Source: Candidatus Heimdallarchaeota archaeon (GTDB taxonomy: Archaea > Asgardarchaeota > Heimdallarchaeia > Heimdallarchaeales > Heimdallarchaeaceae). From it: a stretch of DNA of 14,920 nucleotides. The position numbers and the translations under genes are program-made. Below, in pieces: positions 7,319 to 14,920 of this stretch (position 1 is the stretch's first letter; each line of letters begins with the position of its first letter). The notes beneath the pieces are model-generated. The model was given only the letters and a program-made list of their open reading frames with translations, was not told where the DNA came from and made no database searches. The stretch is taken from positions 1 to 14,920 of the forward strand of contig DAOVET010000060.1 in the NCBI GenBank assembly GCA_030668825.1, given 5' to 3'.

Positions 7319-9061
7319 ATGGTTCAAGAAAAGAGAAAAAAGCTATTCAAACAAGTTTTTGGATCTTTTAATAGATTAGGAAAAAGAGTACTCAAATTCT
7401 TTGTAAACCGAAAGGAATTGAGTTTTGTACTCCTTTTGACAATTATTTCAGCTGCTATGCAAATCTCCTTTTCTCTCAATACTTGGGGTACAATTCACCC
7501 AGATGAAATTTTTCAGAGTTTAGAAATAGCACATGATATTGTATATGGTTATGGAACCATTCCCCCTGAATTTCAAGAATCAAATCCAGTTATTCCAAGC
7601 TATGCAAAGGCTCGATCGTTTCTGTTTCCTATAATTTTCACTGTTCCTATGTACTTGGGTAAGCTGTTCGGGTGGAATTACTGGCGATTCACGATACCAT
7701 TAATCCGAATTCTACTTGGAATCAATGGTTCTTTACTTGCACCCTCCACTTATGTGTTTGTAAAAAGATACACTAAAGGAAAAAAAGCTTTTGCTGGTGC
7801 ATCTGCGTTTATTATGGTTTTTTCCCCCATTCTTATGTTTAGTTCCTTTAGGTCTGTGTCAAACATCTTTTTTATACCTTGGTTTTTCTTTATAATAAAC
7901 TCATTCTGGAAAACATTGGAAAAGCTTCAAAATGAGAATGGAGACGAAAATCAAAGAAAACTCATAATGAGAAGATCCTTTGGATCTTATCTGAAAATCA
8001 TTGTACTTTCATTCTTTATTGGTTTAATTATCTACATTCGAATTGATTTTATCATTGGTTTGATAGCTACACTTGTTTTCAAGTTTCCTTATAAGAAAAT
8101 AAAAGTAATAGCATGTAATTTTCTTGGTTTGGGTTTGGCTGCACTTTTTGGTGGATTGGTTGATTTTATAACTTATGGAGATTTTCTCATTTCACCTATT
8201 CAGTGGTTCAGATATAATGTATTAGAGGGTTTGAGTTCAATACATGGTGTTCAACCAGTAACCTTCTATCTAGATATTTTATTTAGTTATATACCGTTGT
8301 TAATCGCTCTAGTCTTTTGTGTTTTAGTTATGTTGGGTACAATAGTATATACAATATACAAGTTTGTTAAAAGCAAAGAAAAGAATTGGATTTTACTCCG
8401 AAATATATGTGGTTTTCCAATAGCTTCAATTATTATAATAACTCTTTTTTCAATCCCTAGCCATAAGGAATTCCGCTTTGTTTATCTAGGTTTCATTTAT
8501 TTACATGCAACTTTAGCAATTTCTCTTTCATTATTATTTCAAGTATTTTCTCCCAAGATAAGTGCATATAGCACAAAACTCTTCTCAAAAATAACCAGAA
8601 AAACAGAATCAGCGAAAATCAATAGAATATTTAATATTACATATTCAACACTTGTTTTGCTGTTGATTGTGTCAGGGGGAGCAATATCCTCATATCAGGG
8701 ATCACAGATGTATGATTGGAAAGCTTATGATTCATTGGCGAGAAGTCTATGTTATGTGGGACAAATGGAAGATTCTACTGGTGTTCTATTGTTTACTCAA
8801 GGATCACTAATGAATTCCTATTTTTATCTCCACAAAGACATTCCAATGGATGAACTTGTTAATTTTTGGAAATCATTTCGAATTAGGATAATCATAAGAG
8901 ATTACGCGAAAGAAAATGAAACGTTTAACTATGTCATCTTTTCCATCTACCAAATAGCTGCAACTCCCTATATCGTTGATGCTCTTATTGAATATAATTA
9001 TGTTCTTAACCATTCAATAAATGAAATAGCGTTTATCTACAAATTTAATCAAACTGCATAA
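7319..9061 (+). CDS. GT22 (PIG-B/Alg9-like) polyprenyl-phosphate-sugar-dependent mannosyltransferase, GT-C fold
   Basis: N-terminal HPDEIFQSLEIAHDIVYGYG and C-terminal SHKEFRFV match the two hallmark PIG-B/GPI10 motifs. Also has FRYNVLEGLSSIHGVQPVTFY and many TM segments. Confidence 0.85.
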   Translation: MVQEKRKKLFKQVFGSFNRLGKRVLKFFVNRKELSFVLLLTIISAAMQISFSLNTWGTIHPDEIFQSLEIAHDIVYGYGTIPPEFQESNPVIPSYAKARSFLFPIIFTVPMYLGKLFGWNYWRFTIPLIRILLGINGSLLAPSTYVFVKRYTKGKKAFAGASAFIMVFSPILMFSSFRSVSNIFFIPWFFFIINSFWKTLEKLQNENGDENQRKLIMRRSFGSYLKIIVLSFFIGLIIYIRIDFIIGLIATLVFKFPYKKIKVIACNFLGLGLAALFGGLVDFITYGDFLISPIQWFRYNVLEGLSSIHGVQPVTFYLDILFSYIPLLIALVFCVLVMLGTIVYTIYKFVKSKEKNWILLRNICGFPIASIIIITLFSIPSHKEFRFVYLGFIYLHATLAISLSLLFQVFSPKISAYSTKLFSKITRKTESAKINRIFNITYSTLVLLLIVSGGAISSYQGSQMYDWKAYDSLARSLCYVGQMEDSTGVLLFTQGSLMNSYFYLHKDIPMDELVNFWKSFRIRIIIRDYAKENETFNYVIFSIYQIAATPYIVDALIEYNYVLNHSINEIAFIYKFNQTA

Positions 9062-9136
9062 ACCACTGATTAAAATAGTGTTGCAATAAAACTCTTATTA
9101 AGTACGATTAAACTAAAAAGTATCAAGAGGGTTCTG

Positions 9137-10216
9137 ATGATTGGAATTAGCTTAAAGGAATGGTTGAAGCTATTATATGACAATAAGTTCAACGTAAAGC
9201 TAAGATTTCTACCAAAGATATTCGGTATAACTGTAATCAATATTGTCCTTAGTCCTTTCATCATTTATGAACGTCTCAGATATAGAAAGAAAATACAGAA
9301 TACAGAAATAATAAAAGAACCAGTTTTTATTGTGGGACACTGGCGAAGTGGAACTACTCATTTACACAGAATGTTAGCATTTGATGAGCAGTTTGGTTAT
9401 ATTACTCTAACAGAAACAAATCTTCCTCATTTGTTTTTAACTAGTTCTAAACTGATTCATACAATTATGAAACCTTTAACTCCTAAGAAAAGACCAACCG
9501 ATAAAGTTGATATGTTTCCCGAAATGCCGCATGAGCATGAATTTGCACTAATGTCTCTTTCAATGCATTCTCCAATAATGATGTTTGCATTTCCTAATAA
9601 TATTAATTATTATAGAAAGTATGTTTCTCTAGAAAATGTTTCACAGAAGCATATTGAAGAATGGAAGAGATGTTTTATGTACTTAATAAAGAAACTCACC
9701 TTAAAAGAAAAAGGCAAACAGCTCATACTGAAAAATCCAATAGATACCTGTCGCATTAACCTAATTCTAGAACTCTTTCCTAATGCTAAATTCATTCATA
9801 CATATCGCAACCCCTATGATCTTTTCTTTTCTACATTAAAACTGCACAAACATAACGCTGGAATGTATGCTATGCAAAAACAAGACTATGATGTGCGTCA
9901 GCTGATATTCGAAACCCATGTTGAGATGTATGAAAAATACTATGAGGATATCAAGTTGATTCCAAAAGGTAATCTAGTAGAAGTGCAATTTGAGCAACTA
10001 AACAATAATCCTTACTCTGAGTTAGAAAGGATCTATACAAGTTTAGGGTTAGAGGGGTATGCTCTTCTGAAGGATCGAGTTAAACCATATCTTGAATCAG
10101 TTGCTGGATATAAGCCTAGCCAATATGAGATGTCTATCGCAGATAAGCAAATGATTTATTCTGTATGGCAAAAGACAATTGATAAGTGGGGTTATGAAAA
10201 AGCTCCTAGAATCTAA
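9137..10216 (+). CDS. PAPS-dependent sulfotransferase (Sulfotransfer_3/Stf3-like)
   Basis: PVFIVGHWRSGTTHLH (5'-phosphosulfate-binding loop), RPTD...PHEHEF, LILKNP, FPNAKFIHTYRNPY (3'-phosphate-binding) and a terminal WGY. Confidence 0.9.
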   Translation: MIGISLKEWLKLLYDNKFNVKLRFLPKIFGITVINIVLSPFIIYERLRYRKKIQNTEIIKEPVFIVGHWRSGTTHLHRMLAFDEQFGYITLTETNLPHLFLTSSKLIHTIMKPLTPKKRPTDKVDMFPEMPHEHEFALMSLSMHSPIMMFAFPNNINYYRKYVSLENVSQKHIEEWKRCFMYLIKKLTLKEKGKQLILKNPIDTCRINLILELFPNAKFIHTYRNPYDLFFSTLKLHKHNAGMYAMQKQDYDVRQLIFETHVEMYEKYYEDIKLIPKGNLVEVQFEQLNNNPYSELERIYTSLGLEGYALLKDRVKPYLESVAGYKPSQYEMSIADKQMIYSVWQKTIDKWGYEKAPRI

Positions 10217-10241
10217 ATTCTAGGAATGAAATAAACAATTA

Positions 10242-11456
10242 TTACTTTATATTTTTAGTTTGTTCCTCTTTAACTATTTTTACAAACTCGGGGATAATCT
10301 CGAAGATATCACCAACAATTCCAAAATCTGCAACCTCAAAGATTGGAGCTTCTTTATCTTTATTTATTGCAACTATTGTATCTGAAGAAGTCATTCCTAC
10401 AAGATGTTGTACTGCACCTGAAATTCCTAACGCTATGTATAAGGTGGGGGCGACAGTTTTTCCAGATTGCCCTACTTGTTGTGGATGCGGTAACCAGCCT
10501 AAATCAACTAGTGGCCTTGAACCAGATACTGTTCCATTTACAGCTTCAGCTAGTTCTTCTATATATTGTAAATTATCCTTAGAACCTACTCCTCTACCTG
10601 CAGAAACCAAAATATTTGCTTCTTCTATATTGATACTTTCTTCATGAGAAACGATTTCTTCTATGATTTTAGTTCTTATACTCACTGGTTTAAGAGTAAC
10701 TTCAACTTCTTCAAGAACTCCTTTTTTGGATACATCTGCTTCTGGTTTAGGAAATACATTTGGTCTAACAGATGACATTTGAGGTCTGGTATAAGGCGAT
10801 AATATTGATGCCATAATGTTCCCACCAAAAGCTGGACGGGTTTGAACTAATTGCTTTGAATCATTTATGTCTAAACCTGTACAATCAGCAGTTAAGCCTA
10901 AAGCTAATCTTCCTGCGATTCTAGGAGCTAAATCTCTACCATTAGGTGTTGCTCCATAAAGAACAATAGATGGCTTTTCAGACGCGATAACGCTTGCAAT
11001 TACGCTTGTGTATCCATCAGTTGAATAATTTTCTAAGAGTTCATGTTCACAGAGATATACTTTATCCGCTCCATGATGAAAAAGTTCTGGTACTAAATGT
11101 CCAACTTCATTTCCGGGAAGAACAACTGCTAAGGACTCATCAAGTTTTTCTGCAAGTTCCTTACCTTTACCAAGTAGTTCAATAACCACATTTTTAATGA
11201 CTTTTTTCTCCTCTTTTTTCTCCCATTCTCCCCAGATGAAGACGTTTTTGTATAATGCAATTTCTTCTTCTGAAACAGCTTTTCGTTCGATACTTAATGC
11301 ATTTACAGGACAAGCTCCCACGCATGTTCCACAAAGTGTACATCCTTCAAGAACCTTGGCTTTTTTTGTTTCTGGTTCCACAATTATTGCTGCAAAAGGA
11401 CATACTCTTTCACATATTTTGCAACCAATACATGTTTCAATATCTACGTTCAACAT
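10242..11456 (-). CDS. etfA: Electron transfer flavoprotein alpha subunit with N-terminal 2x[4Fe-4S] ferredoxin domain
   Basis: CIGCKICERVCP and CTLCGTCVGACP ferredoxin motifs. ETF-alpha motifs GRDLAPR, GLTADCT, QTRPAFGGN, QVGQSGKTV and GISGAVQHLVGM. Confidence 0.96.
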   Translation of the reverse strand: MLNVDIETCIGCKICERVCPFAAIIVEPETKKAKVLEGCTLCGTCVGACPVNALSIERKAVSEEEIALYKNVFIWGEWEKKEEKKVIKNVVIELLGKGKELAEKLDESLAVVLPGNEVGHLVPELFHHGADKVYLCEHELLENYSTDGYTSVIASVIASEKPSIVLYGATPNGRDLAPRIAGRLALGLTADCTGLDINDSKQLVQTRPAFGGNIMASILSPYTRPQMSSVRPNVFPKPEADVSKKGVLEEVEVTLKPVSIRTKIIEEIVSHEESINIEEANILVSAGRGVGSKDNLQYIEELAEAVNGTVSGSRPLVDLGWLPHPQQVGQSGKTVAPTLYIALGISGAVQHLVGMTSSDTIVAINKDKEAPIFEVADFGIVGDIFEIIPEFVKIVKEEQTKNIK

Positions 11457-11461
11457 TCATA

Positions 11462-12265
11462 TCACACTCTCAGAAACTTGTTCTCCTTTAGGTAATCAAA
11501 TAATTTCCTTGCTGCTGCTTTCGGATCACTACCATCTATAATCTGTCCGCCTGACTTAGATGGAGGTGCAAAAATCTTATCCACTTGAGTGGGTGATGCA
11601 CTCAATCCAACTTTGCTCTCTTCGATATTCAAATCATTAGCTGAGACTACTTTCAGAAGTTTTTTTCTTGCCTCTAAAACATCTTGCATTGAGGGAATCC
11701 TTCTGATGTTAGACCCTTTGCTCATGGTTACTAGAGCTGGCATTTTTGTTGAAAGAATCTGATATCCTGTTTCTGTCTCTCGTTTTACTTCAACCCTCTT
11801 GTTGTTGATTACCACATCAACACCATAAGTAATCTGAGGTACTCCAAGTTGCTCAGCTGTTTCAGCTGGTACTTGAGCTGTATCTCCATCAATTGCTTGC
11901 TTTCCAGCAAGAATCAAATCAAAATTAGGCTCTAAACCCACAATACCTTCCTTAATAGCAGTAGATGTAGCCCAAACATCTGAACCTGCAAATTTCCTGT
12001 CAGATAACAGATAAGCTTTATCCGCACCCAATTCTAAACATCGTAACAAAGCTATTTTTGCTTGAGGTGGTCCCATACTTATTGCTGTAACCTCGATGTT
12101 TAATTCAGGATTGTCTTCCTTTAATTTAGCAGCTTGGTCCAAGGCATATTCACAATATGGATTTAAAATGGAAGCAACACCTTCTCGAATAAGTGTGCCT
12201 GTTTCAGGATCAACAGCGACCTTATCAGCTTCTGGAACTTGTTTAACTAGTATTATTATTCTCAA
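11462..12265 (-). CDS. etfB: Electron transfer flavoprotein beta subunit
   Basis: Motifs VKQVP, TLIREGV, NPYCEYA, SMGPPQA, DRKFAGSDVWAT, GKQAIDGDTAQV and GLSASPTQV. The TTG start overlaps the upstream TGA stop (TTGA). Confidence 0.96.
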   Translation of the reverse strand: MRIIILVKQVPEADKVAVDPETGTLIREGVASILNPYCEYALDQAAKLKEDNPELNIEVTAISMGPPQAKIALLRCLELGADKAYLLSDRKFAGSDVWATSTAIKEGIVGLEPNFDLILAGKQAIDGDTAQVPAETAEQLGVPQITYGVDVVINNKRVEVKRETETGYQILSTKMPALVTMSKGSNIRRIPSMQDVLEARKKLLKVVSANDLNIEESKVGLSASPTQVDKIFAPPSKSGGQIIDGSDPKAAARKLFDYLKENKFLRV

Positions 12266-13899
12266 CTTTTAGCACCTCTACCAAAAATATTACCACAATT
12301 AAAAACACAATTTGGATCTAATGAGAACTTAATTTCTCTCATTTGAAGAACTCCTTCTTCCCCATACATGATTTGAAGATACTCGTGCTTGATTTTTCCA
12401 ATTCCATGCTCTGCAGAAACTGATCCCCCAAATTGAACAGCTTTCTTTGCAAATTTTTTGTAGATTTGCTTTCCTAATTCCAAATCACTAATGTTTCGTG
12501 GGAGAATATTTACATGAACATGATTGTCGCCAATATGACCCCACATTACATACTCTAATCCTGCTTCTTTGAGAGTATCATAGTAGAACCTCATTATCTC
12601 TTTCAAGTACTTGTCTTCAACGGACATGTCTGTTCCTAGCTTATGAATCTCTGGATATTCTTTTTTACGCTCAGCAATAATATTGTTTACAATTTCAGGA
12701 ACTGCATGTCTAAAGTGTTTAACTCGTGCTATTTCCCTGTATTCGTATGCACTCCAGGTGTTGCTCAATGAGGAATTACTTTCTACTAGCATGCTGGAAA
12801 TTTCACTGAAATATTCATCTAGGGTTTCCTCAGAGTAAGGTAGATCAAAAGAAATTGCCGTTGTTATATCTTCAGCTATTATTGGCATATCAACAAACTT
12901 AGGATCCTCTTTTTGTTTATTTCTCAATAAGGTGAGAGCATGGTCTTCAAAAAATTCAATAAATTCTGGTTTTATTTTTTCACTTGTTCTAAGTTTAGCT
13001 ACGAAGTCTAGAGCATCATTTTCATTTTTGAAAAATGCTACATTGGACATCTGGGGTGTATGTTCTTTCAACCAAACATCAGCTTCAGTAATCGCACCAA
13101 ATACCCCTTCTGAACCAATAAAAAGATCAATTAGATCCATGTCTGGTTTAGTATATAGTCCGGCGGCATTCTTTGCTCCAGGCATTTTATAAGTTGGTAA
13201 TTTTAATTCATAGTCTCCTTTAGAGGTTTTTATAATGAATTTTCCATCTATTGCCTTGTATTTTCCTCTAGGGATAACCAATACTTCTCCTGTACCTATA
13301 ATTACCCTAATTCTTTTTATCCACTCTCTTGTGGCACCATATTTGAAAGAACGTGCGCCACTAGCATTTGCTCCAATAGTACCACCAATAGATGCGGTCA
13401 TTTCAGTAGGATCTACAGGATAATAATGGATATGTTCTTCTTCAAATTTCTGGACCCAATTCCCTTCTTGAGGAATACTTTGATCAAGTTCAAGTTTTTT
13501 CAATTTTACTATGTGATTTATTTCATCCAAAGAAATCGCTGGTTGCACTCGTAGAAACCATTTCTTAACATCTTCATCATAACCTAAGCCAATGACACTA
13601 TCCATCCTCTCTAAAGAAAGAACAGCCCCACCAAAAGGAACTGCGCTACCGACAATTCCAGTTCGTGCAGCTGATATTGTGATCATAAGCTCCTCTTCTT
13701 TCATCTTTTTAATGAGAGAAACTATTTCCTCCTCGGTATTTGGAAAAAATAAATATTCAGCATGCCCTCCACTTATCTTAGATTCATCTACTAGATAACT
13801 TGGAAAGTCTTCTGAAATAATCATCTCACCTTTAACTGAACGAATATTTTCAAAAGGTACATCTTCAAGTTGTTGAGCTATTATAACATTGTTAGACAA
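12262..13899 (-). CDS. FAD-linked D-2-hydroxyacid (D-lactate/glycolate-type) dehydrogenase, VAO/PCMH family
   Basis: PCMH-type FAD-binding motifs ARTGIVGSAVP, YPVDPTEMTASIGGTIGANASGARSFKYGATR and LFIGSEGVFG. Metal/catalytic motifs GHIGDNHVH and SAEHGIGKIK. AGGAG RBS at 13914-13910. Confidence 0.92.
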   Translation of the reverse strand: MSNNVIIAQQLEDVPFENIRSVKGEMIISEDFPSYLVDESKISGGHAEYLFFPNTEEEIVSLIKKMKEEELMITISAARTGIVGSAVPFGGAVLSLERMDSVIGLGYDEDVKKWFLRVQPAISLDEINHIVKLKKLELDQSIPQEGNWVQKFEEEHIHYYPVDPTEMTASIGGTIGANASGARSFKYGATREWIKRIRVIIGTGEVLVIPRGKYKAIDGKFIIKTSKGDYELKLPTYKMPGAKNAAGLYTKPDMDLIDLFIGSEGVFGAITEADVWLKEHTPQMSNVAFFKNENDALDFVAKLRTSEKIKPEFIEFFEDHALTLLRNKQKEDPKFVDMPIIAEDITTAISFDLPYSEETLDEYFSEISSMLVESNSSLSNTWSAYEYREIARVKHFRHAVPEIVNNIIAERKKEYPEIHKLGTDMSVEDKYLKEIMRFYYDTLKEAGLEYVMWGHIGDNHVHVNILPRNISDLELGKQIYKKFAKKAVQFGGSVSAEHGIGKIKHEYLQIMYGEEGVLQMREIKFSLDPNCVFNCGNIFGRGAKS

Positions 13900-13967
13900 T
13901 AATGTGCTACTCCTAATGCATTTTTCACTTAATCGAGCGTGGACAATAAGTGTATAAAAAAGTAATT

Positions 13968-13979
13968 AATTGTACAATT
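13968..13979. promoter_or_regulatory. Palindrome AATTGTACAATT in the divergent promoter region
   Basis: Perfect 12-bp palindrome between a minus-strand TTTATA box (about 13958-13953) and a plus-strand TTTAAAT box (14002-14008). Confidence 0.35.
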
Positions 13980-14034
13980 TAATTAATATAAATGCAATAT
14001 CTTTAAATGAGCGTTTTTCAGATGACTTGGCAGA

Positions 14035-14277
14035 ATGACCAAAATTAAGGTAATATACGGAACTGAATGGTGTGGCGATTGTACAAGAACAAAAAAATAA
14101 CTTGATGAAAGAGGTATACCTTATGCTTGGATAGATACCGATTCAAGTGCAGAAGGGGCAAAGAAGATAGAAGAGTTAAACAGAGGTGGGGGAAGAGTTC
14201 CAACAATAGTATTTGAAGATGGTTCGATTCTTATAGAACCCACAAAAAAAGAATTAAAGAAGAAACTGAAAGAATAG
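14035..14277 (+). pseudogene. Glutaredoxin-like (mycoredoxin/NrdH-type) protein with an in-frame TAA
   Basis: Manual translation: MTKIKVIYGTEWCGDCTRTKK*LDERGIPYAWIDTDSSAEGAKKIEELNRGGGRVPTIVFEDGSILIEPTKKELKKKLKE*. It has the WCGDC redox motif, cis-Pro VPT and FEDGS..EP. TAA is at 14098-14100. Confidence 0.88.
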
Positions 14278-14293
14278 GCAGAAAATGTTTACT

Positions 14294-14719
14294 TTACTTT
14301 GTTGTTTCAACAAGTGATTCTTCTATTTGTTTTGTAGTTTTTGTACTCTCTTTTTTGGAAGAAGTTATACTTGGACTAGTTTTAGCAGGAATGGGTTCAA
14401 CACCAAGCCTTTGCAACGCTTTAGTGTATTCATCAGTGAGAAAGAAATTTTTCAAAATGACCCAGTTTGTAAGAATGATAACAGGGAGTTTATCAATGCC
14501 AGATGCACAATGATGATTGCTAGTAGTAAGACTCTCTTTTTTATCAATAGTTCCACACTTTAAACAAATTCGCAAACGGGAAGAACGATCATGGAGCTTT
14601 GAGATGGTTTCACTATATAATTCTAAACCAGAACTTAAGGGAGCATCAGCTAAATCTTGAGCATATCTACGGGCTCTGGATTTAATATGTGTTTTTTCAG
14701 CATCTTTAATTACAGGCAA
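14294..14719 (-). CDS. Hypothetical protein, possible Zn-binding (CLKC...HHC), with K/T/S-rich tail
   Basis: 141-aa ORF with a TTG start and a strong AGGAGGT RBS at 14732-14726. C-x2-C followed by a downstream H-H-C. Confidence 0.7.
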   Translation of the reverse strand: MPVIKDAEKTHIKSRARRYAQDLADAPLSSGLELYSETISKLHDRSSRLRICLKCGTIDKKESLTTSNHHCASGIDKLPVIILTNWVILKNFFLTDEYTKALQRLGVEPIPAKTSPSITSSKKESTKTTKQIEESLVETTK

Positions 14720-14876
14720 GATTTTACCTCCTAATGTTTTTCTATGTTATATTTATGCAGTAATGAACTAGTTTCACACAAGTACTTATTTTGATAGAGA
14801 TAAGACAACAAATACAGAGTTTAAAAGAACAAAACAGACTCAAAAAGTTTAATTTCTATAAAACCATGTTAAAACA

Positions 14877-14920
14877 ATGAGAGAATATTCAGCAGAAGAG
14901 CTACAAGAACTATCAGGACA
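14877..14920 (+). CDS. Start of an ORF running off the window (MREYSAEELQELSG...)
   Basis: ATG at 14877 is open to the window end, with an AT-rich TATA-like sequence upstream. Too short to assign a family. Confidence 0.4.
   Translation, partial: MREYSAEELQELSG

Noticed and set aside
419-13798. Short opposite-strand ORFs in the track (e.g. 419-859, 1854-2117, 2734-3247, 5020-5388, 6468-6746, 9610-9795, 10343-11541, 12932-13798)
   Set aside because: They lie antisense within well-supported genes and have no motifs, so they are shadow ORFs.
14098-14100. Stop-codon recoding (Sec, Pyl or an alternative genetic code)
   Set aside because: The codon is TAA, it is not at a catalytic position, and TAA terminates several other genes in this window.
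14877-14920. Cytochrome b5-like N-terminus (resembles xxFTxEELxxxxG)
   Set aside because: Only 14 codons are visible, which is insufficient.

Overview
AT-rich, densely coding prokaryotic window. It is most likely archaeal and plausibly Asgard/Heimdallarchaeia-like, inferred from MptE, an HTH-10 regulator, GAGGTGA/GGTGA ribosome-binding sites, TATA-like boxes about 25 nt upstream of several start codons, and a PIG-B-like GT22. From left to right it holds: a ~190-nt non-coding, highly structured segment (minus-strand fold) that appears to cut off the 5' half of a CLC chloride channel/CBS gene; mptE; a convergent Cys-less PTPS-III-type pterin synthase; a helical hypothetical; a NUDT6-like Nudix hydrolase; a possible decayed A24-peptidase fragment; an EamA/DMT transporter with an upstream palindrome and a convergent HTH-10 regulator; a C-terminally anchored surface protein divergent from a PIG-B/Alg9-like (GT22) mannosyltransferase followed by a PAPS-dependent sulfotransferase; a minus-strand operon of FAD-linked D-2-hydroxyacid dehydrogenase, etfB and ferredoxin-fused etfA; a glutaredoxin-like gene with an in-frame TAA (missed by the ORF track); a small putative Zn-binding protein; and the start of another ORF. 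All family calls come from motif recognition by eye, not database searches.
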